This document shows positions 1 to 12,059 of a stretch of 64,000 nucleotides of DNA, in pieces (within the stretch, counting starts at the first letter, position 1; every line of letters starts with the position of its first letter). The stretch spans positions 83,055,830-83,119,829 of the forward strand of contig NC_052164.1 in NCBI RefSeq assembly GCF_902713615.1, read 5' to 3'. Under the pieces are notes generated by a model that saw only the letters and a program-made list of their open reading frames with translations, did not search any database and was not told where the DNA came from. This DNA comes from Scyliorhinus canicula (taxonomy: Eukaryota). Position numbers and translations under genes: made by a program.

Positions 1-300
1 TTTCAGTACAACTGAGAAAGTCCAACCCAAAATAGCTCAGTACTTTTAAATATAAAATATAACAACAAGTATAGCAACAAGCAGTAATATGCAACTAACA
101 GCCCCATAACACCCACAATTCCCCCCATTCCGTAACATCACATGTATCACACTCCCCCCACCCCCCCCCCAACAAGAGAACTTAACCATAAATTAAAATT
201 AAATAAATTAAATTTAAATAAAATAAGCAAACATAATCAACGTCCCCCCCCCCCCCTCCCCCCCCCCCCCCCGGGTTGCTGCTGCTACTGTCCCAGTACC

Positions 301-3300
301 CTATCGTTGAGCCAGAAAGTCGAGGAAAGGTTGCCACCGTTTAAAGAACCCTTGCACCGATCCTCTCAGGGCGAATTTAACCTTCTCAAGCTTAATGAAG
401 CCCGCCATGTCATTGATCCAGGTCTCCACGCTTGGGGGCCTCGCGTCCTTCCACTGTAGCAAAATCCTTCGCCGGGCTACTAGGGACGCAAAGGCCAGCA
501 CACCGGCCTCTTTCGCCTCCTGCACTCCCGGCTCTACCCCAACCCCAAAGATCGCGAGTCCCCATCCTGGCTTGACCCTGGATCCCACCACCCGTGACAC
601 CGCCCTCGCCGCCCCCTTCCAGAACTCCTCCAATGCCGGGCATGCCCAGAACATATGGGCATGGTTCGCTGGACTCCCCGAGCACCTGACACACCTATCT
701 TCACCCCCAAAGAACCTACTCATCCTCGTCCCAGTCATGTGGGCCCTATGCAGCACCTTGAATTGAATGAGGCTAAGCCGCGCACACGAGGAGGAAGAAT
801 TTACCCTCTCCAGGGCATCAGCCCATGTCCCGTCTTCAATCTGTTCCCCCAGTTCCCCCTCCCACTTCGTTTTCAGCTCCTCTACTGACGCCTCTTCCAC
901 CTCCTGCATAAGCTTGTAGATATCGGATATCTTCCCCTCCCCGACCCAGACCCCCGAGAGCACCCTGTCACTCACCCCCCTCGCGGGAAGCGAAGGGAAT
1001 CCCTCCACCTGCCGTCTAGCAAACGCCTTTACCTGCAGATATCTAAACATGTTTCCCGGCGGAAGCCCAAATTTCTCCTCCAACTCCCCCAGGCTCGCAA
1101 ACCTTCCGTCGATAAACAGGTCCCTCAGCTGTCTAATGCCCGCTCTATACCATCCCTGAAATCCCCCATCCATGTTCCCCGGGACAAACCTATGGTTCCC
1201 CCTTAACGGAGCCTCCATCGAGCCCCCCACTTCTCCCCTATGTCGTCTCCACTGCCCCCAAATCTTGAGGGTAGCCGCCACCACCGGACTCGTGGTATAC
1301 CTCGTGGGAGGGAGCGGCCACGGCGCCGTTACCAGGGCCCCCAGGCTTGTATCCCCACAGGACGCTCTCTCCATCCGTTTCCATGCTGCCCCCTCCCCCT
1401 CCATCACCCACTTATGCACCATCGACACGTTGGCCGCCCAGTAGTACCTCGAGAGGTTGGGCAACGCCAGCCCCCCCCCCCCCATCTCTACACCGCTCCA
1501 AGAAGACCCTCTTCACCCTCGGGGTGCCATGCGCCCAAAAAAATCCCATGATGCTGCTGGTCACCCTTTTAAAAAAGGCCCTAGGGATAAAGATGGGCAA
1601 GCACTGGAAGAGGAACAAGAACCTCGGGAGAACCATCATTTTGACGGACTGCACTCTGCCCGCCAGCGATAGCGGCACCATGTCCCACCTTTTAAATTCC
1701 TCCTCCATCTGTTCCACTAGTCTGGTGAAGTTAAGCTTATGAATAGCCCCCCAACTCCTGGCCACCTGCACCCCCAGGTACCTGAAACTCTTCACTGCCC
1801 TCCTGAAGGGGAGCCTCCCAATTCCCTCCTCCTGATCACCCGGCTGCACTACAAATACCTTGCTCTTTCCTAAGTTTAGCTTATAGCCCGAGAAGCCCCC
1901 AAATTCCGCGAACAGCTCCATCACCCCCGGCATTCCCCCCTCTGGGTCCGCCACATATAACAGCAGGTCGCCCGCATACAGCGATACCCGGTGCTCCTCC
2001 CCAACCCGCACCAGACCCCTCCACCTCCCTGACTCCCTCAACGCCATGGCCAGCGGTTCAATCGCCAGTGCAAAGAGCAGGGGGGACAGGGGACACCCCT
2101 GCCTGGTCCCACGATAAAGCCTAAAATACTACAATCTCCTTCCATTTGTGACTACACTCGCCATCGGCGCCGCGTAAAGCAGCCTCACCCATTTGATGAA
2201 TCCCTCCCCAAATCCAAACCTCTCCAGCGCTTCCCACAGGTACCCCCACTCAACTCAATCAAACGCTTTCTCTGTGTCCAGTGCCACCACTATCTCCGCC
2301 TCCCCCTCCACTGCCGGCATCATGATAACATTGAGCAGTCTCCGCACATTCGTGTTGAGCTGCCGCCCCTTGACAAATCCTGTCTGATCTTCATGAATTA
2401 CCTCTGGCACACAATCCTCGATCCTGGTAGCCAGGATCTTCGCCAGCAACTTAGCGTCTACGTTAAGGAGCGAGATAGGCCTATATGATCTGCACTGCAA
2501 GGGGTCCTTATCCCATTTTAGGATCAAAGAGATCAGTGCCCGCGACATCGTCGGGGGCAAAGCCCCCCCCCCCCCTCCCACGCCTCATTGAAAGTTCACA
2601 CCAGCAGGGGACCCACCAGGTCCGCATATTTTTTGTAAAATTCTGCCGGGAACCCGTCCGGCCCCGGGGCCTTACCTGACTGCATTTGCCCGATCCCCCT
2701 GACTAGCTCCTCCAACTCTATCGGCGCCCCCAGCCCCTCTACCAGCCTCTCTTGAACCCTTGGGAAATATAGCCTGTTCTTGAAGCTCTCCTTCCCCTCT
2801 CTCCCCCTCAGAGGTTCCGACCGGTACAATCCCTCGTAAAAGTCCCTAAAGACCCCGTTTACTTCTGTCCCCTTCTGCACTACATTTCCACCCCCATCCG
2901 TCACTCCACCAATTTCCCTAGCCGCATCTCGCCTACGGAGCTGATGCGCCAACATCCTGCTCGCCTTCTCTCCATACTCATATACCGCGCCCTGCGCCCT
3001 CCTCCACTGTGTCTCCGCCTTTCTGGTGGTCAACAAGTCAAAATTGGCCTGCAACCTGCGCCGTTCTCCCAGCAACCCTTCCTCCGGTGCCTCCGCATAT
3101 CTCCTGTCCACCTCCAGAAGCTCTCCCACCAGTCTCTCCCTCTCCTTCCTCTCCCTCCTTTCCCTGTGGGCTCGGATGGAGATCAGCTCCCCCCGGATCA
3201 CTGCTTTCAGAGCCTCCCTGACCATCCCCACCTGGACCTCCCCCGTATCATTGGTATCCAGATACCCCTCAATGCTTCTCCGAACCCTCTTACACACTTC

Positions 3301-4110
3301 CTCCTCTGCCAGCATCCCCCACATCCAGGCATCAAAGCGGGCGCTGGTCCCGCGCCTCTCCCATCTCCAGATCAACCCAGAGCGGGGCATGGTCCGAAAT
3401 CGCTATGGCCGAATACTCGGCATCCTGCACCCTCGGGATCAATCCCCTGCTCAGGACAAAAAAGTCTATCCGGGAATAAACCCTATGGACGTGAGAGAAA
3501 AAGGAATACTCCCGCGCTCTCGGTCTCCCAAACCTCCAGGGATCCACCCCTCCCATCTGGTCCATGTATCCCCTCAGCACTTTGGCCGCCGCCGGTCTCC
3601 TACCCGTCCTTGAACTGGACCGGTCCAGTGTGGGATCCAGCACTGTGTTAAAATCTCCCCCCATGATCAGGCCCCCTGCCTCCAGGTCCGAGATGCGGCC
3701 CAACAATCGCCTCATGAAGCCAGCATCATCCGAATTCGGGGCATATACGTTCACCAGCACCACCTTCTCTCCCTGCAGCCTACCCCTCACCATGATATAT
3801 CTGCCCTCCTTGTCCGACACCACCTCAGCCACCTCAAACGCCACCCTCTTCCCCACTAGAATCGCCACCCCCCGGTTCTTCGCATCCAATCCTGAATGAT
3901 AAACCTGCCCCACCCACCCCTTCCTCAGACGGACCTCGTCCGCCACCTTCAGGTGGGTCTCCTGGAGCATAGCCACGTCCGCCTTCTACCCCCTTAGATG
4001 GGAGAACACCCTGGTTCTCTTAACTGGCCCGTTCAGCCCCCTCACATTCCAGGTAATCAGCCGGATCAGAGGGCAGCCCGCCCCCCTCCCCCGCCGACTA
4101 GCTATAGCTT
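301..4110 (-). pseudogene. L1 ORF2p (endonuclease-reverse transcriptase-CCHC), multiple frameshifts/stops
   Basis: Consecutive ORFs 3332-3976, 2596-3390, 2255-2581, 1412-2047, 301-1485; RT catalytic motif reads YAGD (vs YADD in the second L1 copy). Confidence 0.92.
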
Positions 4111-4775
4111 GGTAGATGTTCGCCCCAGGTCAGCACACCCCGCTCGACCCGTTCCCCATGGCGATAGCGCTCCTCCTCTTCCCCCCCGGCCCCCATCGGC
4201 TCCTTCCTAGTCGTTCCAGCAGCAACCCGGTATCCCCCCCCCCCCCCCCCCCACCCCCCTCCCTCCCCCCCAGGCTAGGACCCCTCCTAGCCGCGACGCA
4301 CCATCCATTGTACTTCCGTGAACCCGGCAGCTCCCGCCAAAACCTAGCCCCTCCCGGCATGGGGTCATCCCCCTCTTGTCACACCTCCTTGGCATTGCTG
4401 CAGCGCGGGAAAAAAGACCCGTAGAGGCTCTGCCCCCACCGCAAGCTCCACCCCCCCTGCCCCGCAGCGCTGGAAACCAGAGGAAAGCCCGCGCTTTCAC
4501 ACTGCCACACCCCACCCTTCTGACGCAGTTCCCCAAAATCCAGTTTCCCCTCAATCCCCAGCCCCGTACAGAAGAGAACATATAGAACACAAACCCCAAA
4601 CACTCCCCACCCAACCCACAACCATGCCCAACAAACAAACCCACCCGTAACCAGAGCAAACAGAAAACCAGCATACATAACACACATGCCGAAGTTGAAA
4701 AAGTTGAAACAGTTGGAACAAAACAGCCAAACAGCCACAGCGGAAACAACGCCGGCCAAAGTATGTCCCCAGGCC

Positions 4776-5541
4776 CTAGTTCGAGTCCAGCTTCTCCGCC
4801 TGTACAAAGGCCCATGCCTCCTCCGGGGACTCGAAGTAATGGTGCCGGTCCTTGTATGTCACCCACAGGCGCGCAGGCTGCAGCATTCCAAACCTGACCT
4901 GCTTAGCATGAAGCACCGCCTTTGTCCGGTTGAACCCAGCCCGCTGCTTAGCCACCTCCGCACTCCAGTCCTGGTAGATCCTCACTACCGAATTCTCCCA
5001 TTTACTGCTCCTCTCTTTCTTGGCCCAGTGCAGCACACACTCCCGGTCACTGAATCGGTGGAACCGCACCAGCACCGCCCTCAGGGGCTCACCTGCCTTG
5101 GGCCTCCTGGCCATCACTCTGTGCGCTCCCTCGAGCTCCAGGGGCAAATGGAAGGACCCCGCTCCCATCAACGAGCTCAACATCGTGGTCACATACGCCG
5201 GGAGATCCGACCCCTCCAGCCCCTCCGCCAGGCCCAGGATCCTCAGATTCTTTCGCCTCGTGCGAACGTCCAGCTCCTCCAAGCGGTCCTGCCACTTTTT
5301 ATGAAGTGCCTCGTGCAACTCCACTTTCCCAACGAGGACCACGGCCTCCTCCTCTCTTTCAACGGCCTGCCGCTGCAACTCCCGAATAGACCCCTCCTGA
5401 GCCGCCTGGGTCCCAAGCAGCTTGGTTGTAGTTGCATTCATGGAGTCCAGCAGCTCAGCCTTCAGCTCAGCAAAACAACGTAGGAGCGAGGCCTGTTGCT
5501 CCTGCGCCCACTTCCACCACCGGGTGTTGCGCCGGCCACCA
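4776..5541 (-). pseudogene. L1 ORF1p (coiled coil + RRM + CTD), N-terminus frameshifted
   Basis: ORF 4776..5441 has coiled coil, RRKNLRILGLAEG, AHR, VLVRFHRF, RIYQD, PARLWVT motifs; probable original start AAAATGG near 5541. Confidence 0.9.
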
Positions 5542-6066
5542 TTTTGTTTTTCTTCCCCCTTTTTTTGGGGGAGTTACTGCAGCCTTTTTCACCATATAGT
5601 GTGGGGCAAGTTCTTCCAGGCACCTTCCCCCACCGGGATGCGTAGAAACAGCGCCGTTTGGGGCCCTCAAAACGGCCCAAAAGTCCTTAAATAGCGGGAG
5701 CGCCGGCCGCCATTTTGTTTTTCTTCTCCCGTTTTTTGGGGGGAGTTACTGCAACCTTTTTCACCATATAGTGTGGGGCAAGTTCTTCCAGGCACCTTCC
5801 CCCACCGGGATGCGTAGAAACAGCGCCGTTTGGGGCCCTCAAAACAGCCCAAAAGTCCCTAAATAGCGGGAGTGTCGGCTGCCATTTTGTTTTTCTTCCC
5901 CCGTTTTTTTGGGGAGTTACTGCAGCCTTTTTCTTCTTCCCACTCTGGGTGAGCACCATATAGTGTGGGGCAAGTTCTTCCAGGCACCTTCCCCCACCGG
6001 GATGCGTAGAAACAGCGCCGTTTGGGGCCCTCGAAACGGCCCAAAAGTCCCTAAATAGCGGGAGCT
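5529..6066 (-). repeat. Three tandem ~171-193 bp monomers in L1 5' UTR
   Basis: Units start at ~5529, 5700, 5872; shared core caccatatagtgtggggcaagttcttccaggcaccttcccccaccgggatgcgtagaaacagcgccgtttggggccctc. Confidence 0.95.
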
Positions 6067-6528
6067 GCCGGAAGTGACAGACTTGTATTCTTACAAACAC
6101 GATGCGGGGTTTTATTAGGAGAAGTTGCTCATACAATTTAAGATGGAGAACTTAATCCAACGCAAACACTCCCTGTGAGCATCACAGCCGACCACATGAC
6201 GCTCTACCAGCAGGGATAACACCCACCCAACAACTTCCTGGTTCCATTGCCTTCTTCGTGACCAATGAAATTCTGGCTTTTGGGTGCGATTCTCCTATTT
6301 ACAGACTAAGTGCTTCAGCCAGTGGGAAAACTGGAGTGATTCCTGCTGGCACCAAGAGCGACGCCAATGGCACTTAAAAGATACATTTTTAAATGAGGAC
6401 CAAAGTTTTCTTTGGGCCTGAAAGGGGTTTAACCTCTCTGGCATCTCCTACTCCTCAGAGATTGGAGAGCCCCGATCTCAGAATATAGTTTCAGCCAACG
6501 TCCCCACCCCGGATCATTAGCAAGCACC

Positions 6529-6554
6529 TCCCCCCCCCCCCCCCCCCCCCCCCC

Positions 6555-6585
<31 letters not shown>
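6529..6585. repeat. poly(C) run followed by (CA)n microsatellite
   Basis: Direct reading. Confidence 0.9.
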
Positions 6586-6592
<7 letters not shown>

Positions 6593-7545
6593 CACACTAA
6601 TACCACTGCCAATTTCATAGAAATAAGCAATTTGGCAACAGCAGCAGCATTGTTTGCAAGAGGTGATGTTATACCACTGCACTGCACATCAGTTACTACA
6701 GTATAACTGTAGCCAGTACACACACCACCACTAATTTATGTTCCATAATTCTACAGGATACAATCTGGTGACAAAACAGTTATAACTCATAACTGCTCTA
6801 GTTCTGACATTAAATGGCAGCACAGAGAAGAGAAAAGGCAAGTAAAACTCCCAAGCCAGGAAATACAGTTGATGGCTCACATCTTTCATTTGAAAATGTT
6901 TCCACTGGACACAGTGAAGATGTATGTACCAGCATCTCAACAAATTGAATAGGATAATAGGAGGATTCCAGAACAGCTGTTTTATTCAGCTCTGGGCAAT
7001 GAATCAGTAACTTTCATTAGTAGTAGTAGGGAGCCAAGCCAATTTTTTTTTTGTTGGCATTTTCAATACATATAAATAAACACCACAGGGAGCAGCATAG
7101 TAAAGTACAGACTGAGTAAAATCAAAACACAGTTAGAGAGACAAAGATACATTTACAAAGCAGCAAAAAAATCATCTTCACCATGGGAAGGAAAGACAGA
7201 AGAGGCGGGCAACATGGTAAACAATTTATCAGCTGTGCTAAATTACTCAGTTATTTCTTTCAGGGTGTAATGAAAACAAACTGAACAAAATAGAGGAGAA
7301 CAGACAGCAAGTGGAGGGTCCAGGAGGCTCGTCATCCCAAGATGGAAAAACAATCAGAGATCTCCTAAATCTCCATATTCGTACAGCATCTACCCAAGAT
7401 CATTTCCAATTGGCAATGTGTTGTCTCATCCCATTTCAATCAATAAAGAAAATTGATTTTGTAATGCTAGATTCCATTCAAGGTGCTGAAGGTGACCATT
7501 AGAGAAAACCTTTGAGGAAATAGAGACAGGGAGTTGTAGGTTGGG

Positions 7546-10500
7546 TGTTATCTATCAGAGAATGCATCCCTGCTAGTGGAATATCATGTGATCAGTTGTG
7601 AAGTCCGCAGAGTGTGTTTGCTCCGTCTTAGATTGTATGGCCAACATCTCCCAATAACGCCTCTCATCATTGTTGTAAGAATCCAAGGGCGTGGCTCCTC
7701 CATATCTTTTATCTTTGCGGAAAACTCAAAGATGTAACAAAAGAGAAAACTGGGAATGAGGATTGAGGCACAAAAAAGCAAAATTGCTAATATATATAGT
7801 CAAAAACAGTCGAGTGTGGAGAAAGATTCTCGGGACCGGGCTCACATACGTCGGGTAAAGCAAGTCGCCGAAGGTTTAAATCAATAACGGAATACATCCG
7901 TGAGAAAGAAGAACTACAGTTTGAAAGCTTGCTTGTCTTCGAAGTGGGTAGAGTCTGGGCTGCAGGGATCGTGCAGGTGGCAAAGGTAAACAAGCTGCAG
8001 CAATTGAGGATTGAGAAGTCTTCCGACCTTGTACGGGTCACTACTTGGGGAATAAGGTCAAACCACAGTAAAGCAAAAATCACATTTCTAACTTGTGTTG
8101 TAGATCAGAGGATTGCTTGTTCCATACATCCAAAAGAATTGGAGAGGAGGAGCTTTTTCGAAGTATAAACCTCGGTGCGGTATCTGGAACGGCAGGAAAG
8201 ATGGGTGCCATGGATGCATTTGATGAAGATTATGAGACTTGGAATTAATATGAGGAGAGATTCCAATCACAGCAAATCAAACACTGAAGCACCTAAAGGC
8301 TGCAATATTTTTCAGTTCAGTAGGGCGCAAAACTTTTATGCTGCTGCAAATATTAGTTCATCCACCAAAACCCGGAGAAAAGATGTATAGCAAACTAATG
8401 AAGATTTTAGAAGGGCATTTCTCACCTAGACCGTTGTTAATTGCAGAAAGGTGTTGGTTCCACCGCTGCAGTCAGGAAAAACATGAAAGCATTTGACAAT
8501 TTGTAGCGACTTTAAGAAGGTTCGTAAAATACTGCAAGTTTGGTGCAACACTAGAGAAAAACCTTCATGACAGGCGCGTGTGTGGACTCTGCAGTGTAGC
8601 TTTTCAGAGGAAGTTGCTAACTGTAAAGCGATTTCATTCTCAAAGCTGCTGTGGATGTTGCCAGTCTCTGGAGCTTGCATCAAAAGATGCTTCATAGATA
8701 GGGGTTGGAGCGAAGATCCACAAGATGGAGATCATCAGAAACAAGGCTGCAAGAGTAATCGACATACATAGGTTGGACACAGCGGTGGAATGGGGAGTAG
8801 AGAAAGTAATTGCAAGAACTGTGGCATAAATGGCCATATTGCCAAAGCATAGTGGCAAACTTCACCAACACCAAAGGTGCACAAGAAAAAAAGCACTTCT
8901 GAGCAGACCAGTCATGCCTTTAAGTTAGCAGACCAAGTTCAAGACGACTTAGGAAACAGCATACCCAAACAACTTCAGGAGCTGAAACTAGATGTCATAA
9001 CAGTGCAAGGCGATCAACGTTTCTCGGCATTCCCAAAACTTGATGGTAACCAGATCAAAATGCAAGTGGATACGGGTGCAGCTGTATCATTGATACCCGA
9101 GACAATTTATAATCAGATGCTGAAAAACCTGCCTTTAAAACCATCACTAATGAAGATTTTAGAAGGGAATTTCCCACAAAAGTGTTTTGTTACAGACAAC
9201 CTGTTTCTGGAGTAAAATCTGCTCATGCTCTTTTTCAGCGGTCCATGGATCAAATTCTGAGTGGATTAAATGGGGTGCAATGTTATTTAAATGGCATTCT
9301 CATCAAGTGAACAAGAACTCTTGAAGAACTTGGAAGCTGCTCTTAAACACCTACAAAATGGTAATATTCGAGGTAAAAAGGAAAAGTGCAACTTTTTCAA
9401 AACATCCATATTACCCGGGTCACATCATTGATAAAGATGGCTTGAACAAAGAGCCAAAAAAGATGACACTTCCACAAAGTATGACACATCTGAGGTTGTT
9501 TTAAGGATTGATCAATTATTATGGTAAATTGCCGAATTTATCAACACGATTGAAGCCTTTATACATACACAGGTATGGCACGGGTCAGAAGAATATGAAA
9601 GTGCATACAATTATGTAAAAGATGCCTTAAGGATATCAGAGCTATTAGTTCACTATAATCCCAAGCTGAAGTGACAACTTGTTTGTGATGTGTCTGTCGC
9701 CTTATAGGGTTGGTGCAGTTGTCTCACACATAATGCCTTCAGGAGAGGAACAACCGATAGCGTTTCTTTATACACTCTGACCAGAACAGAAACAAATTAC
9801 ACTCAGCTAGAAAAAGAGGCTTTGAGCATTTTGGGGAGGAAGGTTTTACCATTACCTTTATGAACATCATTTTACTCTTTTGACAGATCACCAACCTTCG
9901 ATGACAATCATTGGACTGTATAAAGGTATATCTTGTTTAACAGCTAGTAGATTGCAAAGATGGTCATTGATATGAGCGGCACACACATAACGATATCCAA
10001 TATTATAAGCCGGAGGTACTGGCAAACACTGATGCTTTGTCAAGATTGCCATTACAAGTCTAGCAAGAATCTGAAAATTTTGTCAACATACTGTATTTCT
10101 CACTCGTGGATAATGTACTTGTGACTTCATCTCAAGTTCAGAGATAAACAAGAGCTGATCCAGTGATAGGGAAGGTGATGGACATGCTCCAAAAAGAAAC
10201 AATGTTGAACGTTCATCGTCAAAATACAGACCTCAAACCCAACATCACAAGGTTTGAGTTGACAGTCCAGAATGGAGTTTTATTATGGGGAATCAGAGTG
10301 ATTATTCCTTTGTGCTTGCATAATAAAGTTCTTGACAAACTACATGAGAGACATCCTGATGTGGTAAGGATGAAGGAGTGGGGGCACAGTTATTTTTGAT
10401 GGACAGGATTAGATGCTCAAATTGAAGAAAATGTGGGGCAATTTCAGCCCTGTGCAAAACTAAGAAGCACTAAACCATTGCAACCATTACATCTGTGGGA

Positions 10501-11774
10501 ATGGCCGACACAGCCATGGCAGAGAGTACACATAGATTACACTGGCCCAGTGGAGGGACACATGTTCCAAGCACACTCGAAATATCCGGAAGACGTGATT
10601 ATGAAATTCCCTACGGCAGAACAAGCCATTGGGAAGTTGAACAAAGTATTTGCAATATTTTGTACACGGCAGAGCAGGTCGTAAGTGGCAATTATTGCTC
10701 AGTTCAGTTTTAAGGAGTTCAGAGACTACTTAAAAGGGAAATGGTGTACTGCACATTAAGTCAGCTCCATACCATCCTGCAACAAATGAATTGGCAGAAT
10801 GATTTGTACAGTCACTGAAACATTCCACCAAGGCATTGAAGGACCAAGGTACATTTGCAAGAACAGTGAACAAATTCTTAAGGTCTTACCACACGCACAA
10901 CGACCCAGAGTTTACCAGCAATGCTGCTTTCAAAAGGAAACTGAGAAACAGTTTGATCTTTTGATACCACCTGATACTTCAGAGATTTTCAAACAACAGC
11001 AATAAGCACAGGGAACAAAATTTTAAAAAGCGAGTATTCAATGAAGGGGAGCAAGTGCTAGCCAGAAGCTACACCACCAATGGGTAATGGGTACCTGCTG
11101 TAATCCTAGTGAAGACAAGTCCAGGATCATACACCGAACGGATAGATGATGAGGATTTGGTAACATCATACTGACCAACTATTAGCTTTCCAAAGTGAAA
11201 TCGCTCAAAATTCTCAAGAAGTATTTCCATTGGAAAATCTAAACAACTACACGTCTGAACAGAGACCAAACATAGAGACAAGGTCAGATTCTGTTTCTGA
11301 AAACTTTCCAATACCTATAGAGACAGACACTGGAGTAACTTCCCAGGAAGTACCACCTACTGAGGGAACAGAGGACACTTCAAAGCTCTCAAATAATCAG
11401 GTTCCAGAATGTCGAATACAACCCTAAAAGGAATAGTCGGCCACCTGAGAGACCGTATTATGAAGTTTTATATATGTATAGAGATAATGCATAACAGGGT
11501 CTGTTGTAAAAACATTAAGCAGTTGTCGTTGTACTAGAGAAGTAAGAGATTAGGGTGTTATGTATCAGTGAATACATCACTGCTGGTGGAGCGTCATGTG
11601 AGCGTCATGTGATCTGTAGTGACGTCAGAAGAGAGTGTTTGCGTGGGTTTTAGTTCTCCATCCTAGATTGTATGAGCAATATCTTCGAATAAAATCTCTC
11701 ATCGTGTTTGTAAAAATTCAAGAGTGTGGCACCTGCGTACCTTTCCTCTTTGTGACAAACTCAGAGACATAACA
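7546..11774 (+). mobile_element. Old two-LTR Ty3/Gypsy (Mag-like) retrotransposon, degenerate gag-pol
   Basis: Diverged LTRs TGTTA..TAACA at 7546-7739 and 11556-11774; flanks TTGGG/GTGGG (probable TSD); gag MGAMDAFDEDYETW, zinc knuckle CKNCGINGHIAK, protease VDTGAAVS, integrase LHERHPDVVRMK and WQRVHIDYTGP; purine tract before 3' LTR. Confidence 0.9.
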
Positions 11775-12059
11775 GTGGGGGTCAGTGGAGAGCGGTAAAA
11801 TTGTGTGGGAGACTGACTGAGGGCCTGACATCTTCCTGCTGTCAACTAATGTTATCAAATTCAAGCAGGAAATTAAGTTAGTTAAATAGCCAACTGTCTG
11901 GTAGTTTCCTGTCATTCTCTGATTTTAACAATGGTGCTCAGAAGCTCAGTGCATTGCTGACTCAAAGAAGGTGAAGTCTCAGTGGTAGTTGGGTTGTGGA
12001 GGGAACAGGAGTCTTATTTGAAACTGGCTGAAGACTGTGAGTTGCTATCAAAGTATAGA

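Larger units (their letters stand above)
48..6075 (-). mobile_element. Near full-length L1-clade non-LTR retrotransposon (5' UTR repeats, ORF1, long spacer, disrupted ORF2, 3' UTR)
   Basis: ORF1 with L1-type RRM (RRKNLRILGLAEGLEG); ORF2 fragments: APE (ITWNVRGLN, LQETH, GGDFN, SRIDFF, SDH), RT (GKAPGPDG, YRPISLLN, LDTEKAFD), C-terminal CCHC (CVRC..NHAHMFWAC). Ends approximate; no poly(A) or TSD seen. Confidence 0.95.

Noticed and set aside
4686-5483. 265-aa plus-strand ORF (and other long ORFs antisense to L1, e.g. 2944-3651, 44712-45251)
   Set aside because: Shadow frames of GC-rich L1 coding sequence; no motifs
5529-6066. Possible CRISPR-like array
   Set aside because: Contiguous ~171-bp tandem units without unique spacers; eukaryotic L1 context
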